Origin: Eledone cirrhosa
Taxonomy: Eukaryota
Reading direction: 5' to 3'
NCBI GenBank assembly: GCA_964016885.1
Contig: OZ024742.1
Span: 217,620,001-217,684,000, forward strand
Length of the DNA stretch: 64,000 nt
Below are positions 11,126 to 24,799 of this stretch, one piece after another. Position numbers and translations under genes: made by a program. Under the pieces are notes generated by a model, which made no database searches, was not told where the DNA came from, and saw only the letters and a list, made by a program, of their open reading frames with translations. How positions within the stretch are numbered: the first letter of the stretch is position 1; every line of letters begins with the position of its first letter.

Positions 11126-12185
11126 TAGTATAGTATTTATCAATTGACAGCAAGTCGCTACATACATAGATTAGCATGGACCCCTATCCTCGTGGGGCCC
11201 CCGGGCAACTGCCCAGCGTACCCATGCGTTAAGACGTCCCTGGTTTTATCACTGATATCTGTGATAAATCATTCTCTCAAACATGTCTATAAGCTACATT
11301 TGTATCTATCAATATAGATCAGTAACCAGATCAATATCAGAACTCATACTATAAAAAAAATATCTTTTGCTTCCTCTTGTTTCAATTGCTCATTTTCTTG
11401 ACAATCTGGACCAAGAAGTAACATAGTGTAATTACTGCTAGGTTAAGTTATCTGTTTTACAAAAATTCTGCTTGACCTCAGTCTAGATTAAAATAGTTAT
11501 GATGACACCTAAGAATATATTAAGCCAAAATCTCTTGGCTTCTGGTCTCAGACATCTGACAACTGATGTTTTAACTGTTGCAGGCAGTTAACCATGACTG
11601 ACTGATTCAGCCCGGTCATTGCCATGAGAGTTTAGTAAATCTGCATTTTCCAAAAAACACTCTTGTTATTTCAATTTTTTACCTATTCCTGATTGCTTCA
11701 TTGTTTTGTTGAATTTCATGGCAGAAATAAAAACATCTGAATTAACAATTTTTGTTTCCTTGTTGGTCTTTCTCAATCCTTTGGGGTCATCACTTTCTGC
11801 AATCACACATCAATACATATGATCAATGCATACCAACCAACACATTTCTGCTTCCTGTATATATATATTTATGTATTTGATTACTGTTTAATGTCTATTT
11901 TCCATGCTTGCATGCATTAGATGGGTTGACACCGTTGACACTAGTCAGGTGACCTTGTCTTGCTCATACATTCCATTTTTTGCTTGGTTTGATACAATTC
12001 CTAACAACTACCAATTTGGATGGACTGGGTGATTTTGTTGTGGGACCAACACTACTGCCTCAGTGTGAATTGCGTCTGGTGACATATTGGGAGATGTTAC
12101 ATGGGTTGGGCAAGAGAGTGAATCAAGTATGTGGGCGGGAGTAGGGGTGGACATCTTTCTTCCGTGCTGATATCGGTGGTGGATC

Positions 12186-12509
12186 ATCTCAACCTCATCT
12201 CTTCTACTTCTAAAATGACTTAATGATTTATAGGTTGTTGATTTCTTTGAGGCATTGACCCCATAAACTTGCTCCAGAGCGTCAATAATTTGGCTACTCT
12301 TCCATCCTAGCTTCATCATGAATTTAATGTTTGTCCTGGGCTCAATTTTGATGAAAACCATGGCGCCGTGTTGCAACATGCATTTAAGGGTTCATGTTAG
12401 AACATGTTATGACATGTTAGTACAAGAGCATATAGGTGCATTGAGATCAAAATCCCTGCATATGATTTTTAGCTATGTACTTTTTCAACAAACTTTTTGA
12501 AGCCTCTCA
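12186..12509 (-). mobile_element. mariner (Hsmar2/irritans-like) 5' TIR and transposase N-terminus
   Basis: KIEPRTNIKFMMKLGWKSSQIIDALEQVYGVNASKKSTTYK HTH region; TA-TGAGAGGCTTCAAAAAGTT terminus. Confidence 0.8.
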
Positions 12510-12514
12510 TACAT

Positions 12515-13020
12515 ACTGCAATGCTGCATGGCAGTAAAACATGGGGACTGTGTAAAGAGGACCTACATAGATTGAAAAAAATGAAGCTTGAATGCTGTGA
12601 TGGCAGAGTGTAAATGAACTGAGAGAGAAACTGGGCATAAGAGGGATCAAATAAGGAGATTGTGGTGGCAATGACATGTGATGCTTATGAAGAATGACAG
12701 CTGCATAAAATTGTGCAGGGCGTTCAAAGTTGATGGTCGCTATGGAGTAGGAAGAATTATGAAGACTAGGGATGAGGTGATAAAAGCTGACCTCTTACAA
12801 TCGTACCTCTCAAAGGCATTGACGCAGGATTAAAGATCTCCGGTGTAATACAGAAATACAGAAGACCCGCCTTCCCATAGGCACATGTTGAAACATACAT
12901 CTAGTATGCACCACCTTCCCCTCCCTTCTCCCTTCCACACACCTCCCACCGTCCTAACACTGCACATACATCGCAACACTACACCTACGTCCTAACACTC
13001 CACCCATGCCCTAACACATC
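12515..13020 (+). mobile_element. RTE-clade LINE 3' fragment (family of 57875-58845)
   Basis: MLHGSKTWGLC...DDSCIK..YGVGR remnants and C-rich 3' UTR. Confidence 0.55.
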
Positions 13021-13039
13021 ACCCTTCACCAGATAAGTC

Positions 13040-13850
13040 CCCCAGTTCACACTGTAAAGTGATCACGTTGGTTTCACGACTGGCAGGTGTAAAATCGGTC
13101 AGCTGGAATTTGTAGATGACATGGTGTAACTTAACTCGACAGAAGATGATCACTGACTTGCACTTGATAGGTTTGATGCCGAATGCTGCGAAAACTGAGA
13201 GACTAGTCTTCTCAAGGAAACCTGTGCAGTGCACTCTACATGTGAATGGAGTTCCACTGAAGCAGGTGGAGAAGTTCAAGTACCTCAGGGCTATATTCAC
13301 AAGTGATGGAAGGTAGGAGGCTGAATGAAGTGCAAAAATTTCAAAAGCTAGTCCAGAAATGCGCCAGCTTCAGCATTCAGTAATCAGAAGAAGGTGTAAA
13401 AGCCAAACTTACTATCTTCAATTTGGTATTTGTACCAACCTTTACCTATAATCATGAATCTTGGGTAATGACTGAAAGAATACAATCGCGAATACAAGCG
13501 GCCGAAATGGGGTTCCTCTGAAGGGTCTTTGGAGTAACGTTACTCAATAGAGTGCGGAGCTTAGAGATCAGAGTCGCTACTACTTCGAATTGAGTGATCA
13601 CAGCTTCGATACTATGGACACGTGGTTAGAATGTCTCAGGAAAGAATCGCTGGACAGATTTTTCGGGCAAAACCAACAGGCAGGGGAGCCAAAGGCAGAC
13701 ACCGAGCATGATGGTTGGGTAATATCCATGAGCTCAGCTGGTCTCGCTTGGGGATTCATCCAGACAGTTGGAGACAGTTGCTTCTGATAGGACCCGTTGG
13801 AAGGGGTGGTTGAGGACTCTGCCTCCCTCTCAGGAAAAAGTCAGTGAAGA
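13040..13850 (+). mobile_element. RTE (Expander/Rex3-like) LINE 3' part
   Basis: LKQVEKFKYLRAIFTSDGR, HESWVMTERIQSRIQAAEMGFL, LRYYGHVVRM motifs with stops. Confidence 0.75.
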
Positions 13851-14060
13851 AAAAGACATACACTGAAAAACACACACATATATACATGCACTAACATACA
13901 TAATCTACATATACACATACTCACACGTACATATATATATATACATATATTCAATCATACATTTGCAGATACATACGTATTTTCATGATTCTCAACACAA
14001 AGACCCACATGCCTACATACATAAAGAAAGAGAGAGAGAGAGAGAGATTCACACCTCTCT

Positions 14061-14341
14061 TGCGCATGGTAAACCGGATGTTGAATTTATTTTTCCTTCA
14101 ACATTGTTGTGGTATGTTTCAAAACAATTTTCAAACGAATTACGTAAATTTGTGGAATAATCTGTTTACTATGAAACATAGAGTTATTATAAGCTAGTCG
14201 TATTTATCTACTATAATATATATATATATATATAAATATATATAAAGGGAGAAAGAAAGACTGTGGTAAATATTCTCCATTCAACACTACGTACAACCAC
14301 CATCCCTGTTTTCTCAACAATAGCTGTGATTTATACGAGGT
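14061..14341 (+). promoter_or_regulatory. Putative promoter and non-coding exon 1 of ZNF paralog 2
   Basis: GCGCATG 14062-14068, CCGGATGT 14074-14081, GAG|GTATTT with GT at 14340-14341. Confidence 0.55.
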
Positions 14342-14420
14342 ATTTATTTATTTATTTATTTTTTTTTTAGTGTGAGGGTTATCATTGATGGTAAATATAC
14401 CCTCACTGTAATAAAGTGAA

Positions 14421-15060
14421 CCCCTCAGCGGTGCCTGACTCACGCCTTCCTTTTCAACTGGCACCCAGCTGGACAATGATAGCCTGCGAATCGGGGTTTC
14501 CCTGAGGGTCGGCCTCCGGATCTGCGATCCACACAAATGTCGCTGCAGAACCACCGTAGACTCGTTCGGCATCGACCCGCTGTCATGTCGCTACAGTGCC
14601 GGCCGCTTTCCACGCTATGCTGCTCTCGCCGAGGTTCTAAAGTATGGCTTGGATGCTGCAGGCAGTGTTGGACCGAGGCGACGGCAAAAGGCCCGGCGGC
14701 ACGACCATCTTCCTGTTCCGCTGTGATAAATCCCTCATCTGGGATGCAACATGCAGCGACGCATTCCCCAGCGGCAACTAGGGCAGTCTGCGACTAACGC
14801 AAGCTCTGCTGCACTTCGGGCCGGGGAGGGTAAACTCTCCAAATATCGGTCTATCTCTGACAGGTTTGCTAGCGAGGCCGTAGCAGTGGAGACTTCTGGT
14901 GTCCTTGACCCTAGGGCCACCTTCCTACTTACCACCATCGCACAGTTGGCTACCCACAGGTGTGAGCCTCGCGAACTGGAATGGCTTTTTCAGTGCATCT
15001 ACCTCACCATCCTTCAGGAAAACTTCTTCTCTGTTCTGTCGGCCGGGACCACAGGGTGGC
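14421..15060 (+). mobile_element. CRE-clade non-LTR retrotransposon C-terminal (RLE) fragment
   Basis: LDNDSLRIGVSLRVG, HKCRC...LSC, DGKRP-G, LIWDATC, KLSKY, AVETSG motifs. Confidence 0.75.
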
Positions 15061-15309
15061 CAGTGCGTGGGCCCCCATTTGCTCATAATAGTGAGAGATG
15101 GGGAGAGCGGGAGAGTCGGAGGCAGTGACAGTAGGAGCTTGGTTGCTTTGTGTTCGGACCAGGTGTATATGTATATGTTTCATGGACACACACTCACATT
15201 TAGTAACTGTACTATAAGATTGATGTATACTGACAAATCTTTGATTCACAGGTGTGTGTGTGTGTGAATGTGGTGATTCATTTTTCAAAGTTAAGCTACC
15301 ACAGTTAAA

Positions 15310-16870
15310 TGTACCCCTTTATGAAAAATCAGAAAGCCAACCCTACTGTTTTGACTAAAACAGGTAATCTGTAGAGGAACTCACTGGCCGCTGGCTATAT
15401 CCCTGAAAAGTTTCTGTCCCAGTCTATCGTCCCAGTTTTTAAAAAGAGAAACAAGTCACTTGCAGTGAATCACCAACCGATCTCACTCACCTCATATCAT
15501 TAAGGTATTTGAGAGAGTGGTCAGATAATGAATAACACACTTCCTTAAAAGCAACAATCTGCTGAATTCCAATCAACATGGGTTCCGTAATGTCAGGGAC
15601 AGCATAACGCAGCTCCTGCATCACTTTGATGGCATTTTAAGAGCTTTGGGAGAGGGCCCCAATACTGATGTCATATACCTTGATTTCAGCAAGGCCTTTG
15701 ACAAGGTTGATCACAACATTCTGTTTAAAAAAACTATGCAACATTGGTGTCTCTGGAAAGTTACTACTATGGATCAAGTATTATTTCCTGGCAAACAGAG
15801 CCCAACATATTCTGGTAGAAGGAATACAATCAAGCTCAGCCAAATTTAGAAGTGGGCCCACTTCTTTTCACTATTTATATCAATCATATTATCAACATAA
15901 TCTAGCACAGCAATATAATCTTCGCAAATGATTCCAAACTCTGGAAAGTAGTGGAGAGGGAGACTGCACATGCCTTCAATCAGATCTACTTGCTGTTATC
16001 AAATGGGCGGAAAAAACAATATCCTACTGAACAAGGATAAAATTGAACCAATCCACTTTGGAAAAGAGTATGCTCTGAAACTATCATATTCTCTTTCCTC
16101 AGGTGAAACTCTTGTTGCATCCAACAACACCAGAGTCCTGGAAATAATTGTTGATAACAACTTAAGCTGGGCTACTCATTCATATAAACATCAAAGTTGA
16201 TTTAGCCCGCAGGATGTATTCCTGGATTTTCAGAACTTTCCAGTTGAGAGATATCCACACCATAATCCTTCTTATCTCTACTTTTGCCTGGCCCCACCTT
16301 GAATACTGTTGTCCACTGTGGTCTCCCCACATGAAACAAAGTATTATGAACATTGAAGCAGCTCAAAGGTCAATCACAAAAAAGATAGATGGCATGACTG
16401 GAGTTGACTGACTAGAATAGCTTAAACTCTACTCTCTCCAACACCACCTTGAGCGCTATATCATCTGTATGATGTGGAAAATATTCCATCAGTATTGCCC
16501 AAATGATGTTAGCATTATCTTCAAAATATACTTAAGGCTTGAGCCCTGTGCTATCCTCCCACAACAAAAATCAAACTCATATCTCATGACATTACAGCGC
16601 AATTCTTTCACCTCAACTGGTCCCACTCACTTTAACATCACACCAAAACATATAAAAACAGAAACAGATCAAATTCAAAATATCTTTGAAAAAATTCCTC
16701 CAAGAAATTTCTTATAAACCCCCTACACCTGGATATGTCTCCAAAATATATAACTCTGTACTTGAGTGGGCCATGGTGTCAAAATCATGATTTGAAAGAC
16801 TTTGCCAGATGGTGCTATTAAGTTAGACATGACCTAGGCCAATACTGACTGAAACCTATCAAAGTTTCAA
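15310..16870 (+). mobile_element. CR1-like LINE RT region, degraded
   Basis: PISLTS, NQHGFR, DVIYLDFSKAFDKVDH, FAND, PHLEYCCPLWSP motifs with frameshifts. Confidence 0.8.
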
Positions 16871-17010
16871 AGTTAATAAAGTGAATGAAGAAAATATAAA
16901 TAAACAAGTAAAAGGTTGAGTTTCAGAATATGTATCCCACATAAATGTCCAGAATATTTTTATTTATTTATTCTTGTATTTTTAGATTCTCTCGGCAGTC
17001 CAGGAATCAT

Positions 17011-17433
17011 CATCATCATTTAACATCTATCTTCGATGCTAGCATGGGTTAGACGGGAATTGTGCCACTTGAGGCATGATTGATTGGGTGACCATGTCTC
17101 GCTTGTATAGGACTGTATCTGGCAGGTTTTCTACGGCTGAATGCCCTTCCTAACACCAACCACATTTACAGTGTGGACTGGGAGGCTTTTTACCATGTCT
17201 CCTACACGACCACTTTACAGCGTGGACTGGGTGCTTTTTTGTCGTGACACCTACATGACCTCTTTAGTTTGGACTGGATGTTCTGTAGTACCAACATAAC
17301 TTTACAGAGAAAGGGTGGTGTTGGTGGGCATGGGAGGATGGAGTATGGGTAGTGGGTTGGGGTGTATATTTCATTAAGAGGTGTCTACTGACTGTAGGTT
17401 TAACTTTGTATGTAGGGAAGGCGGGTCTTCTGT
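17011..17433 (-). mobile_element. RTE LINE 3' UTR insertion with (GAT)n tail, specific to the paralog 2 intron
   Basis: Similar to 57875-58280; ATCAT duplicated at 17006-17010 and 17434-17438; empty site at ~41248 in the paralog 3 intron. Confidence 0.7.
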
Positions 17434-19681
17434 ATCATTATAAATAATCAAGCCAGGTTTAATATATTTTTGTATGAAAGGAACCAGTGTGGCTTTGTCT
17501 TGCTTATTGCTGTCTTAAGTCACCACAAACCGGCTTTTACAAATTCTTTACACTAACAAATCTGGCTCAAAGTCCGACCTCTCTCATATTCGTGGCAAAC
17601 TATTGATGTGTCATCAAACTTCACCTCAACAACTTCACTGCTAATTGCTTCCTGATTAGAGACCTCAGGTCTGTTACTTCACTACTAAATAATCTCCAAT
17701 CTACACTTCGGTTACAAGACATTTTAAAGTATTTTAACACAGTTCTATGGCACCATAAAAGACTTTAAATTGTTGACGTCAAGAATGATTTTCCATGGTA
17801 GATGTGTTGTCTGTGAAGGAACTTTTAAAATCAGACACAGAAGAGTTACAGCACCTACGTTTTTTTTTACTTTTTCTACACCACCATAGATTTTCCTCTT
17901 TTCAAAACACTCAATTGGAATGGCAGTGTAGACAGATTACTCTTTTGATGGTAGACACGTCCCACAATCCCACGCATCTTTCCTGCTTGGGGTTTATCTT
18001 ATCTGCCCATATGATATCTAATGGCGTCTACATATAGGATTCACCACCCCCTTACTGACGGTCAGTGATGTCCTGAAGAATTCAAGTGGTTGAAATGTAT
18101 TCCTCTGAAGGATCTCCAGAGTAACATTACTTGACTTGATAAGATGTGTAGCTTGGGGATCAAGGAGTCTGTTAAGATAGAGCTGCTGCTTATCTGCATC
18201 GAGAGATTAGAATGTCTAAGAAAAGAATCACTGGTTAGATTTCACAGGCATAGCCATTTGGGAGGAGACACAAAGGTTGACCACAAGCAAGATAGTAGGA
18301 TAACATCCATAAGCTTAGTTTTAGATGGTTGCTTCTGATAGGACACTCTGGAAAACTTGTCTTAAGACACTCTTCCCAAGAGTCTCTCAGAAATGTTGAC
18401 ATCAAAATGAACTAAACCATTGACTAGAGTAGAAATGGGCTTCATAAGCTGCAGAGAAGGTGCCCTCTCTACGAGAGCAGTAACTTCAGAGAAATTAAAC
18501 GGTACAGGGTAGATGCAGACTCTGTAGGCCTCAGGGAAGGCAATACATCTAGAAGAGTAGTCATTATACATAAAGAGGTTTGCATGGGCTAGATGAGGAC
18601 ACAGTTAGAGATGACACTTTGTCTAAGATAGCAGTTAGTCTGGAGTAAAACTAATACAAAATAGAGACAATCTTAACTCCTAACAGACAACCTCTCTAGT
18701 GCTGGTGGCACAATACAATACACCCAGTCCAAGCTGTAAAGTAGTTGCTGACAGGAAGGGCACACAGCCAAAACCTGTCAAAAAAGAGAATGTGATTAGC
18801 ATAATATATAGTATTAAAAATAATTGCATATACTGGGTTAACATTAATCATGTTAGTGTTGAACAATGTAGTGAGGTGGCTGCATTCCCTTTCGTTTACA
18901 GAGAGCTATTAACTAAATATGATGCAACCACTAAGGGCCTTCCTGCTTTTGAAAGGTAACCCAGTTAAGGGCTGCCACACTCAGCATTGACACATTGAAA
19001 GAGAGATAGAGTGAAATTGTGGAGATACTTAACGGGAAACAAGTAGATATGTGCTGTGTGTATAATGTGAAATGGAGGGGTGCATCAGACAGACTCCTAC
19101 ACAGGAAAATGGTTTAGATACAATTTCTTTCAGATAGAAAATGATAATGTGGTAGGTGGAGTGGACATTTTACTGGCTAACAAGTGAATATACAAAATAA
19201 TTGAGGTAGTTACAATAATTGATAGAATTATCAAGCTCAGAATAGTCATAGATAATAGAACACCTAGAATTAAGTGATACAAATTTTCAACAGGTAGGGA
19301 GGCATAAACATTACCAGTTTCCAGAGAATACTGGGTTTATTTTAATCTGGTACCAAAACTATGAACATTGCATCCTCTATCAGGTAGATTCATTAATAGA
19401 AGTGGCTAGAAAGATGGGGCATGGCAGAAGTGGATAAAAAAGGAGGGAAAACAAGTGTTGGGTCATGGAGTCTGCCTTGAAGAGTGGGAGGGATGACTGG
19501 CAGTAATAAAAAAAAAATAGAAGCTGAAGTCAAGGTGAGAGGATGTGAAATAAGAACAAAAGTAGAAGTTGAGGAAGAAATAGAAGAAAGGTTGAATAAT
19601 TGATTTTAAATCCCTTATACCGTTTCTTTATTATTTCAGAGTATCAGAAGACATTAAAAAGGAGTTAAAAAAAGAGAAATT

Positions 19682-21043
19682 ATGGAAAATGAATTACAGG
19701 AGAAAGAGGTTGAGATTAAAATGGAGCCTGAACGAAATGGTTTTCCTGATGAGAGACTAAAAGAGATTGAAAAAATATCATACCATTGTGATATCTCTGA
19801 TAAACCATTCTCCAAAAGACATCAACTCACGCCTAACAAACATATTCATACAGGAGAGAAGCGATATCACTGTATTATCTGTGGGAAATCATTCTCTCAA
19901 AATGGTGACTTAACTAAACACATACGTATTCATACAGGAGAGAAGCCGTATCACTGTGACATCTGTGGTAAATCATTCTCTCAAAATGGTGACTTGACTC
20001 ACCACACACGTATTCATACAGGAGAGAAGCCATATCACTGTGATGCATGTGGTAAATCATTCTCACGAAATCATGCATTAACTAAACACAAACATATTCA
20101 TACAGGGGAGAAGCCATATCATTGTGATATGTGTGATAAATCATTCTCTCAAAATCATGTATTAACTAGGCACAAACTTATTCATACAAGTGTGAAGCAG
20201 TTTCACTGTGATATTTGCAGTAAATCATTTTCTGAAAGAGGTAACTTAGATGGTCACAAATGTTTACATACAGGAGAAAGGCCATATCACTGTGATATCT
20301 GTGGTAAATCATTCTCTCGAAATAGTGAATTCACTCGACACAAACGTATTCATACAGGAGAGAAGCCATATCACTGTGATATCTGTGGTAGGGCATTCGC
20401 TCAAAGTGGAGCCTTAATTAAACACAAACGTATTCATACAGGTGAGAAGCCATATCAGTGTGATATTTGTGGGAGATCATTTTCTGGAAAAAGTGACGTC
20501 ACTAAACACAAACGTGTTCATACAGGAGAGAAGAAATATCTCTGTGATATCTGTGGTAAATCATTCTCTCATACAAATGCTTTATATAGACATAAACGCA
20601 TTCATACTGGAGAGAAGCCATATCTCTGTGTCTTTTGTGGTAAATCATTCTCTGATAATACTCACTTAACAAATCACATACGTACTCATACAGGTGAGAA
20701 GCCATATCAGTGTGGTGTCTGTGGTAAATCTTTCTCAAATAGTAGTGATTTAAATACTCACAAACGAATTCATACAAAAGAGAAGCCATACCACTGTGAT
20801 ATCTGTGATAAATCATTCTCTAAAAATGGAAGATTAACTATACACAAGCGAATTCATACAGGAGACAGGCCTTATCACTGTGATATCTGTGGTAAGACAT
20901 TCTCTCAAAGTGGAACCTTAACTAAACACAAACATATCCATACAGTAGAAAAGCCACATCACTGTGATACTTGTAGTGAATCATTCTCCGATTATAAAGA
21001 CTTAACTAAACATAAGTTTATTCATACTACAAAAGAGCTTTGA
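19682..21043 (+). CDS. C2H2 zinc-finger protein, paralog 2 (1 degenerate and 14 intact fingers)
   Basis: 453-aa ORF = 33 + 15x28 aa; leader [17 protein letters not shown]; acceptor AG at 19638-19639. Confidence 0.95.
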   Translation: MENELQEKEVEIKMEPERNGFPDERLKEIEKISYHCDISDKPFSKRHQLTPNKHIHTGEKRYHCIICGKSFSQNGDLTKHIRIHTGEKPYHCDICGKSFSQNGDLTHHTRIHTGEKPYHCDACGKSFSRNHALTKHKHIHTGEKPYHCDMCDKSFSQNHVLTRHKLIHTSVKQFHCDICSKSFSERGNLDGHKCLHTGERPYHCDICGKSFSRNSEFTRHKRIHTGEKPYHCDICGRAFAQSGALIKHKRIHTGEKPYQCDICGRSFSGKSDVTKHKRVHTGEKKYLCDICGKSFSHTNALYRHKRIHTGEKPYLCVFCGKSFSDNTHLTNHIRTHTGEKPYQCGVCGKSFSNSSDLNTHKRIHTKEKPYHCDICDKSFSKNGRLTIHKRIHTGDRPYHCDICGKTFSQSGTLTKHKHIHTVEKPHHCDTCSESFSDYKDLTKHKFIHTTKEL

Positions 21044-23146
21044 AATTCCATATCATAATCACAAGTCACTCATACAGGAGAAGTTTTATCACTGTGATAT
21101 CTGTGATAAATCGCTCATTCTTGTAAACATGTCTATAAGCTATCAACAAAGATCTGTAACTAGATCAATGTCAAAAGTCATTCTATAAAAAACATCTTTC
21201 ACTACCTCTTGTTTTAATTATTGACCACAACCCAGACTAAAATAATTATGATGACTCCTAGGGCTATATTAAGCCCAACTCTCAGCTTCATTCTCTGGTC
21301 TTAGACTTCTGACAGCCGACGTTTAGCTGTAACAGCAGGTCACCATGACAGACTGCTACAGTAAGGTTATTGCCATGAGAGTTTAGTAAATCTGTATCTT
21401 CAAATTCACACATTTAGCCTGTCTTTACTTCCTTGCCTACTGTGAACACTCAATCTTGTAGGACTGCTACAACTGGCCAGTCAAATGCAGACAGAAGCTA
21501 TCAAATTTCTTAACCTCTCTGCACACATGCATTCAATCTATACCACAAATTCTACCACATCTAATCATGATTACAAGAAAAAACTCTCTTTCATGTTTAT
21601 AGCTACTTATATATATGAACTCTAATATGTTACGAAAAAACACTCTGTTGTTATTGTTTCGTTGAAGTCCATGGCAGAAATATAAATCATCTAAATTAAC
21701 AGTTTTTGTTTCCATGTTGATCTTTCCCAATGCTTTGGGGTCCTTCTTACTGCAATCACATATCAACACACACAACCAATACATACCAACCAACAACATT
21801 TCTACTATATATAGGGACAGAGAGAATGAGAGAGAGAGAAAGAAAGTAGGGACATATAGAGAACGAGAGAGAAGTAGAGAAAGAGAACAAGAGAGAGAAA
21901 AAGGAAAGTAGGGACAGAGAGAAAGAGAAGGAAGGGCATCCAGCTGTAAAATACCTGGCCAAATTTAGTCCTCGCCAGGGTAAGGTGCAACATGGCCAAC
22001 CATGGCCTCCCGGCATGTACGACCCGTCTAACCCATATAAGCATGGAAGAATTGACGCTAAACAGAAATGATGATGACGTTGATGACTGTACATGGTTTG
22101 TACAGTCCTCACAATTTATTTTCTACCATAAGTTTCCTAAGATCCCACAAGATTATGGAGTGATGTACCCTGTCAAATGCTCTCTCCAAATCGCCGATTG
22201 TCTCATAGTGGGGCTTACATTTAGCTAAATACTTCTATTGTAGCTGTTTCACAAGGAGGAGGGTATCAGTTGTACCTTTACTTGGCACAAAGCTGTCATT
22301 CGACTTTTGTTCCTCAAAAGAGAAAGATTACTTCGAGTTGCTCAAGCAAGTAGTAAGATGTAGCTCATAGCAAAACTCTCCAGCTTTATTGACAAGGGCC
22401 TGACAGCAATTCTTCCATTGGCATTTAAACAACACTGTCATCTGCTTCTTCATATAGACAACACAGCTTCCTTGCTGCTGCAAGCTTATCTATGCTGGTA
22501 CATACTGTCTGACTACAACTTTTCACTTTTTAGGGAACAATGCAGAAGCCTTTTAGAACACAATATTTATTTGTGAATACTACAGTCAAACTTTATTACG
22601 ATTCGTTTTTCCTTTTTGCTGAAGTGAAGTAAAGTTATAAATTCAACCAGAATTATTGGTATTTGTTGTGTTATCATCCTCTTCCAACACAACAAAAAAA
22701 CTTTGCTACACATATATATATATATATATATATATATGCATAAATTACATCTTGAATTGCATAAGAGAACCATTGAAATAATTATTATGAATAAACAATT
22801 TATGTAACATCAACATCGTTCTTAATGTTATATATATATATATATATATAATAACTAGAGATTGATTAACATATAAATAAACATGAATAATCACAGGAGA
22901 TAATTTTTACAAGTGTGTAACCACACATAGCTAGGTAGGTAACTAAATAAAGTTGACCAGAACTTCAAAAATAGATACCTTATAATATGATTAATCTTCC
23001 CTGTATATATTCCATTAAATATAAAATGCTCGGACCTACTCGTTAGAATCTTAGAGCTTATTTTGCGGGTGATATGGCGCATGTCTTTCTGGCATGACAC
23101 CCATAATTTTGATTTAGATTAAATTCATTTGATTTATTTTAATTTT

Positions 23147-23148
<2 letters not shown>

Positions 23149-23183
<35 letters not shown>
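23149..23183. repeat. (AT)n microsatellite; others at ~22711-22737, ~22828-22851, ~25342-25372 and ~25783-25817
   Basis: Direct inspection. Confidence 0.95.
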
Positions 23184-23186
<3 letters not shown>

Positions 23187-23310
23187 GTAGAAGTAGTAGA
23201 TAATTTCTGCTACCTTGGTGACCAAATTAGCAGTGGAGGAGGGTATTCTAAAAGCACAGTAGCCAGAATGAGAACAGGTTGGAGAAAGTTCAGGGAGTTA
23301 CTACTAGCTA
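23184..23310 (+). mobile_element. RTE LINE RT fragment
   Basis: VEVVDNFCYLGDQISSGGG..VARMRTGWRKFRELL. Confidence 0.65.
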
Positions 23311-23989
23311 CAGTTTTTGACAATTGAATGTAGAAAATATAGTGCTTAAGGGAATGCTTTAGTCTGGCCAAGCATGTGACACCTCTTTAGTAGTAGTGCC
23401 ATGATAAAATGCACTCAGTACATCCTGTAAATAGCATTGATAGTATATACCTAGTCAACTCTGTAAAGTGGTTGTACTGGTATTGCAAAAACAATGCACC
23501 CAGTAAACACACTAAAGTTGCTATGTTAGGCAGGGCATCCAGCCTTAGAAACTATGTCAAATATGTAATGTATGAACAAGATGAGGTCACTCCAATATGT
23601 CTGGTCTCGGACTGTGACAACCCATCCAACACATGCCACTGTGGAAAAGGGATGTACAATTAGGAGGGTTAATTTGTTTAAATTTGATACCTGTATGTAT
23701 AACTTTGCAATTCCAATTACTTGTGCCACATTGACTTTGATATATAAAATTGGGGGTTTGGTGTGTATTCTAATTTTTTGTTAAATGACCCCCCCCCACC
23801 CGTCTGACCACACCACTGCCCTAACACCATGCTACCATCCCTCACCAACCAGCTATCATTCACACTCACTTTCCACCCTTCCACCTTGCTCCTCCAGAAG
23901 ATGATCATCTGTCTCCTCTGCTGCCTCCAGTTGGATCCCTCCTACATTTTCCCTCGTACCCCTGTCAACCCTTTACATTCAGACGTAAC

Positions 23990-24229
23990 CATTTAAACAT
24001 GACGCACATATCTAAGCCCGATAGTGATTGATCGTTTTTTGAGCTGATCACTAATAAAACACATCTCGTGTGAATAAAATATGAATAAGATGCAATCTTG
24101 ATACTTTGTTCCAACCTGCTTGTTGCCAACTGTTGTTGTCGGGTTGCTTGTCCATTACTCGAGACACCGTTTGTGAACCGAGACGCTTTATTTTTGGAAA
24201 AATTGTTCGTGAACCGCGGTTCCATTGTA
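23990..24229 (-). mobile_element. Tigger/pogo-like MITE end
   Basis: Minus-strand TA-CAATGGAACCGCGGTTCACGAAC terminus next to (TA)n. Confidence 0.45.
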
Positions 24230-24799
24230 TATATATATATGTGTGTGTGTGTGGAGGGGGTCAAAAGAAACGTTTTCTCGCGGTATTCTCTTACGGACAG
24301 GGCCACCAAGGAGTGACCTGCGACCTCGCAGAAAAGACAACAGATAAATTCTTCGGAGGCTAGGTTTTATGGCATCATTCCTATGAAGGAGAACATATTC
24401 TGGGGCCATCTGTTATTTATTTAAAAAATAACTAGTCACCATTATAAATAGGCTGTTCACAGAATCATCTGCTCTTTATATAGACAACTTGCCACTGCGA
24501 GCTTACTACTACCTCTGCTGGTAATACCGACTGACTACAACTTGTCACCTTTTAATCGATCATAGCATATTAAACAAAGATTCTCCATCAAACACAAAGG
24601 ACGTTTTGAACACTGTATTCATTTGTGAGTGCTACTATAAAACATTATATTTTTATGATTGGAAGTAATCATATTCTTTTTCCTTTTTGCTGAAGTGAAG
24701 TAAAGTTATATATCTAACCAAATTTATTGGTATTGTGTTTATCATCCTCTTCAACAACAAAAACACTTTCTTTCATATATATATGTGTGTATATATATA

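Larger units (their letters stand above)
9808..11242 (-). mobile_element. hAT transposon derivative in the 3' flank of paralog 1, containing nested fragments
   Basis: 8-bp TSD GTTTTATC (9800-9807, 11243-11250); imperfect TIRs CAAGGCCATCTTAAC / CAGGGACGTCTTAAC; hAT dimerisation motif GERSFSRLRLIKNQLHSTIGQQRLN at ~10140-10320(-); empty site in paralogs 2 and 4. Confidence 0.85.
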
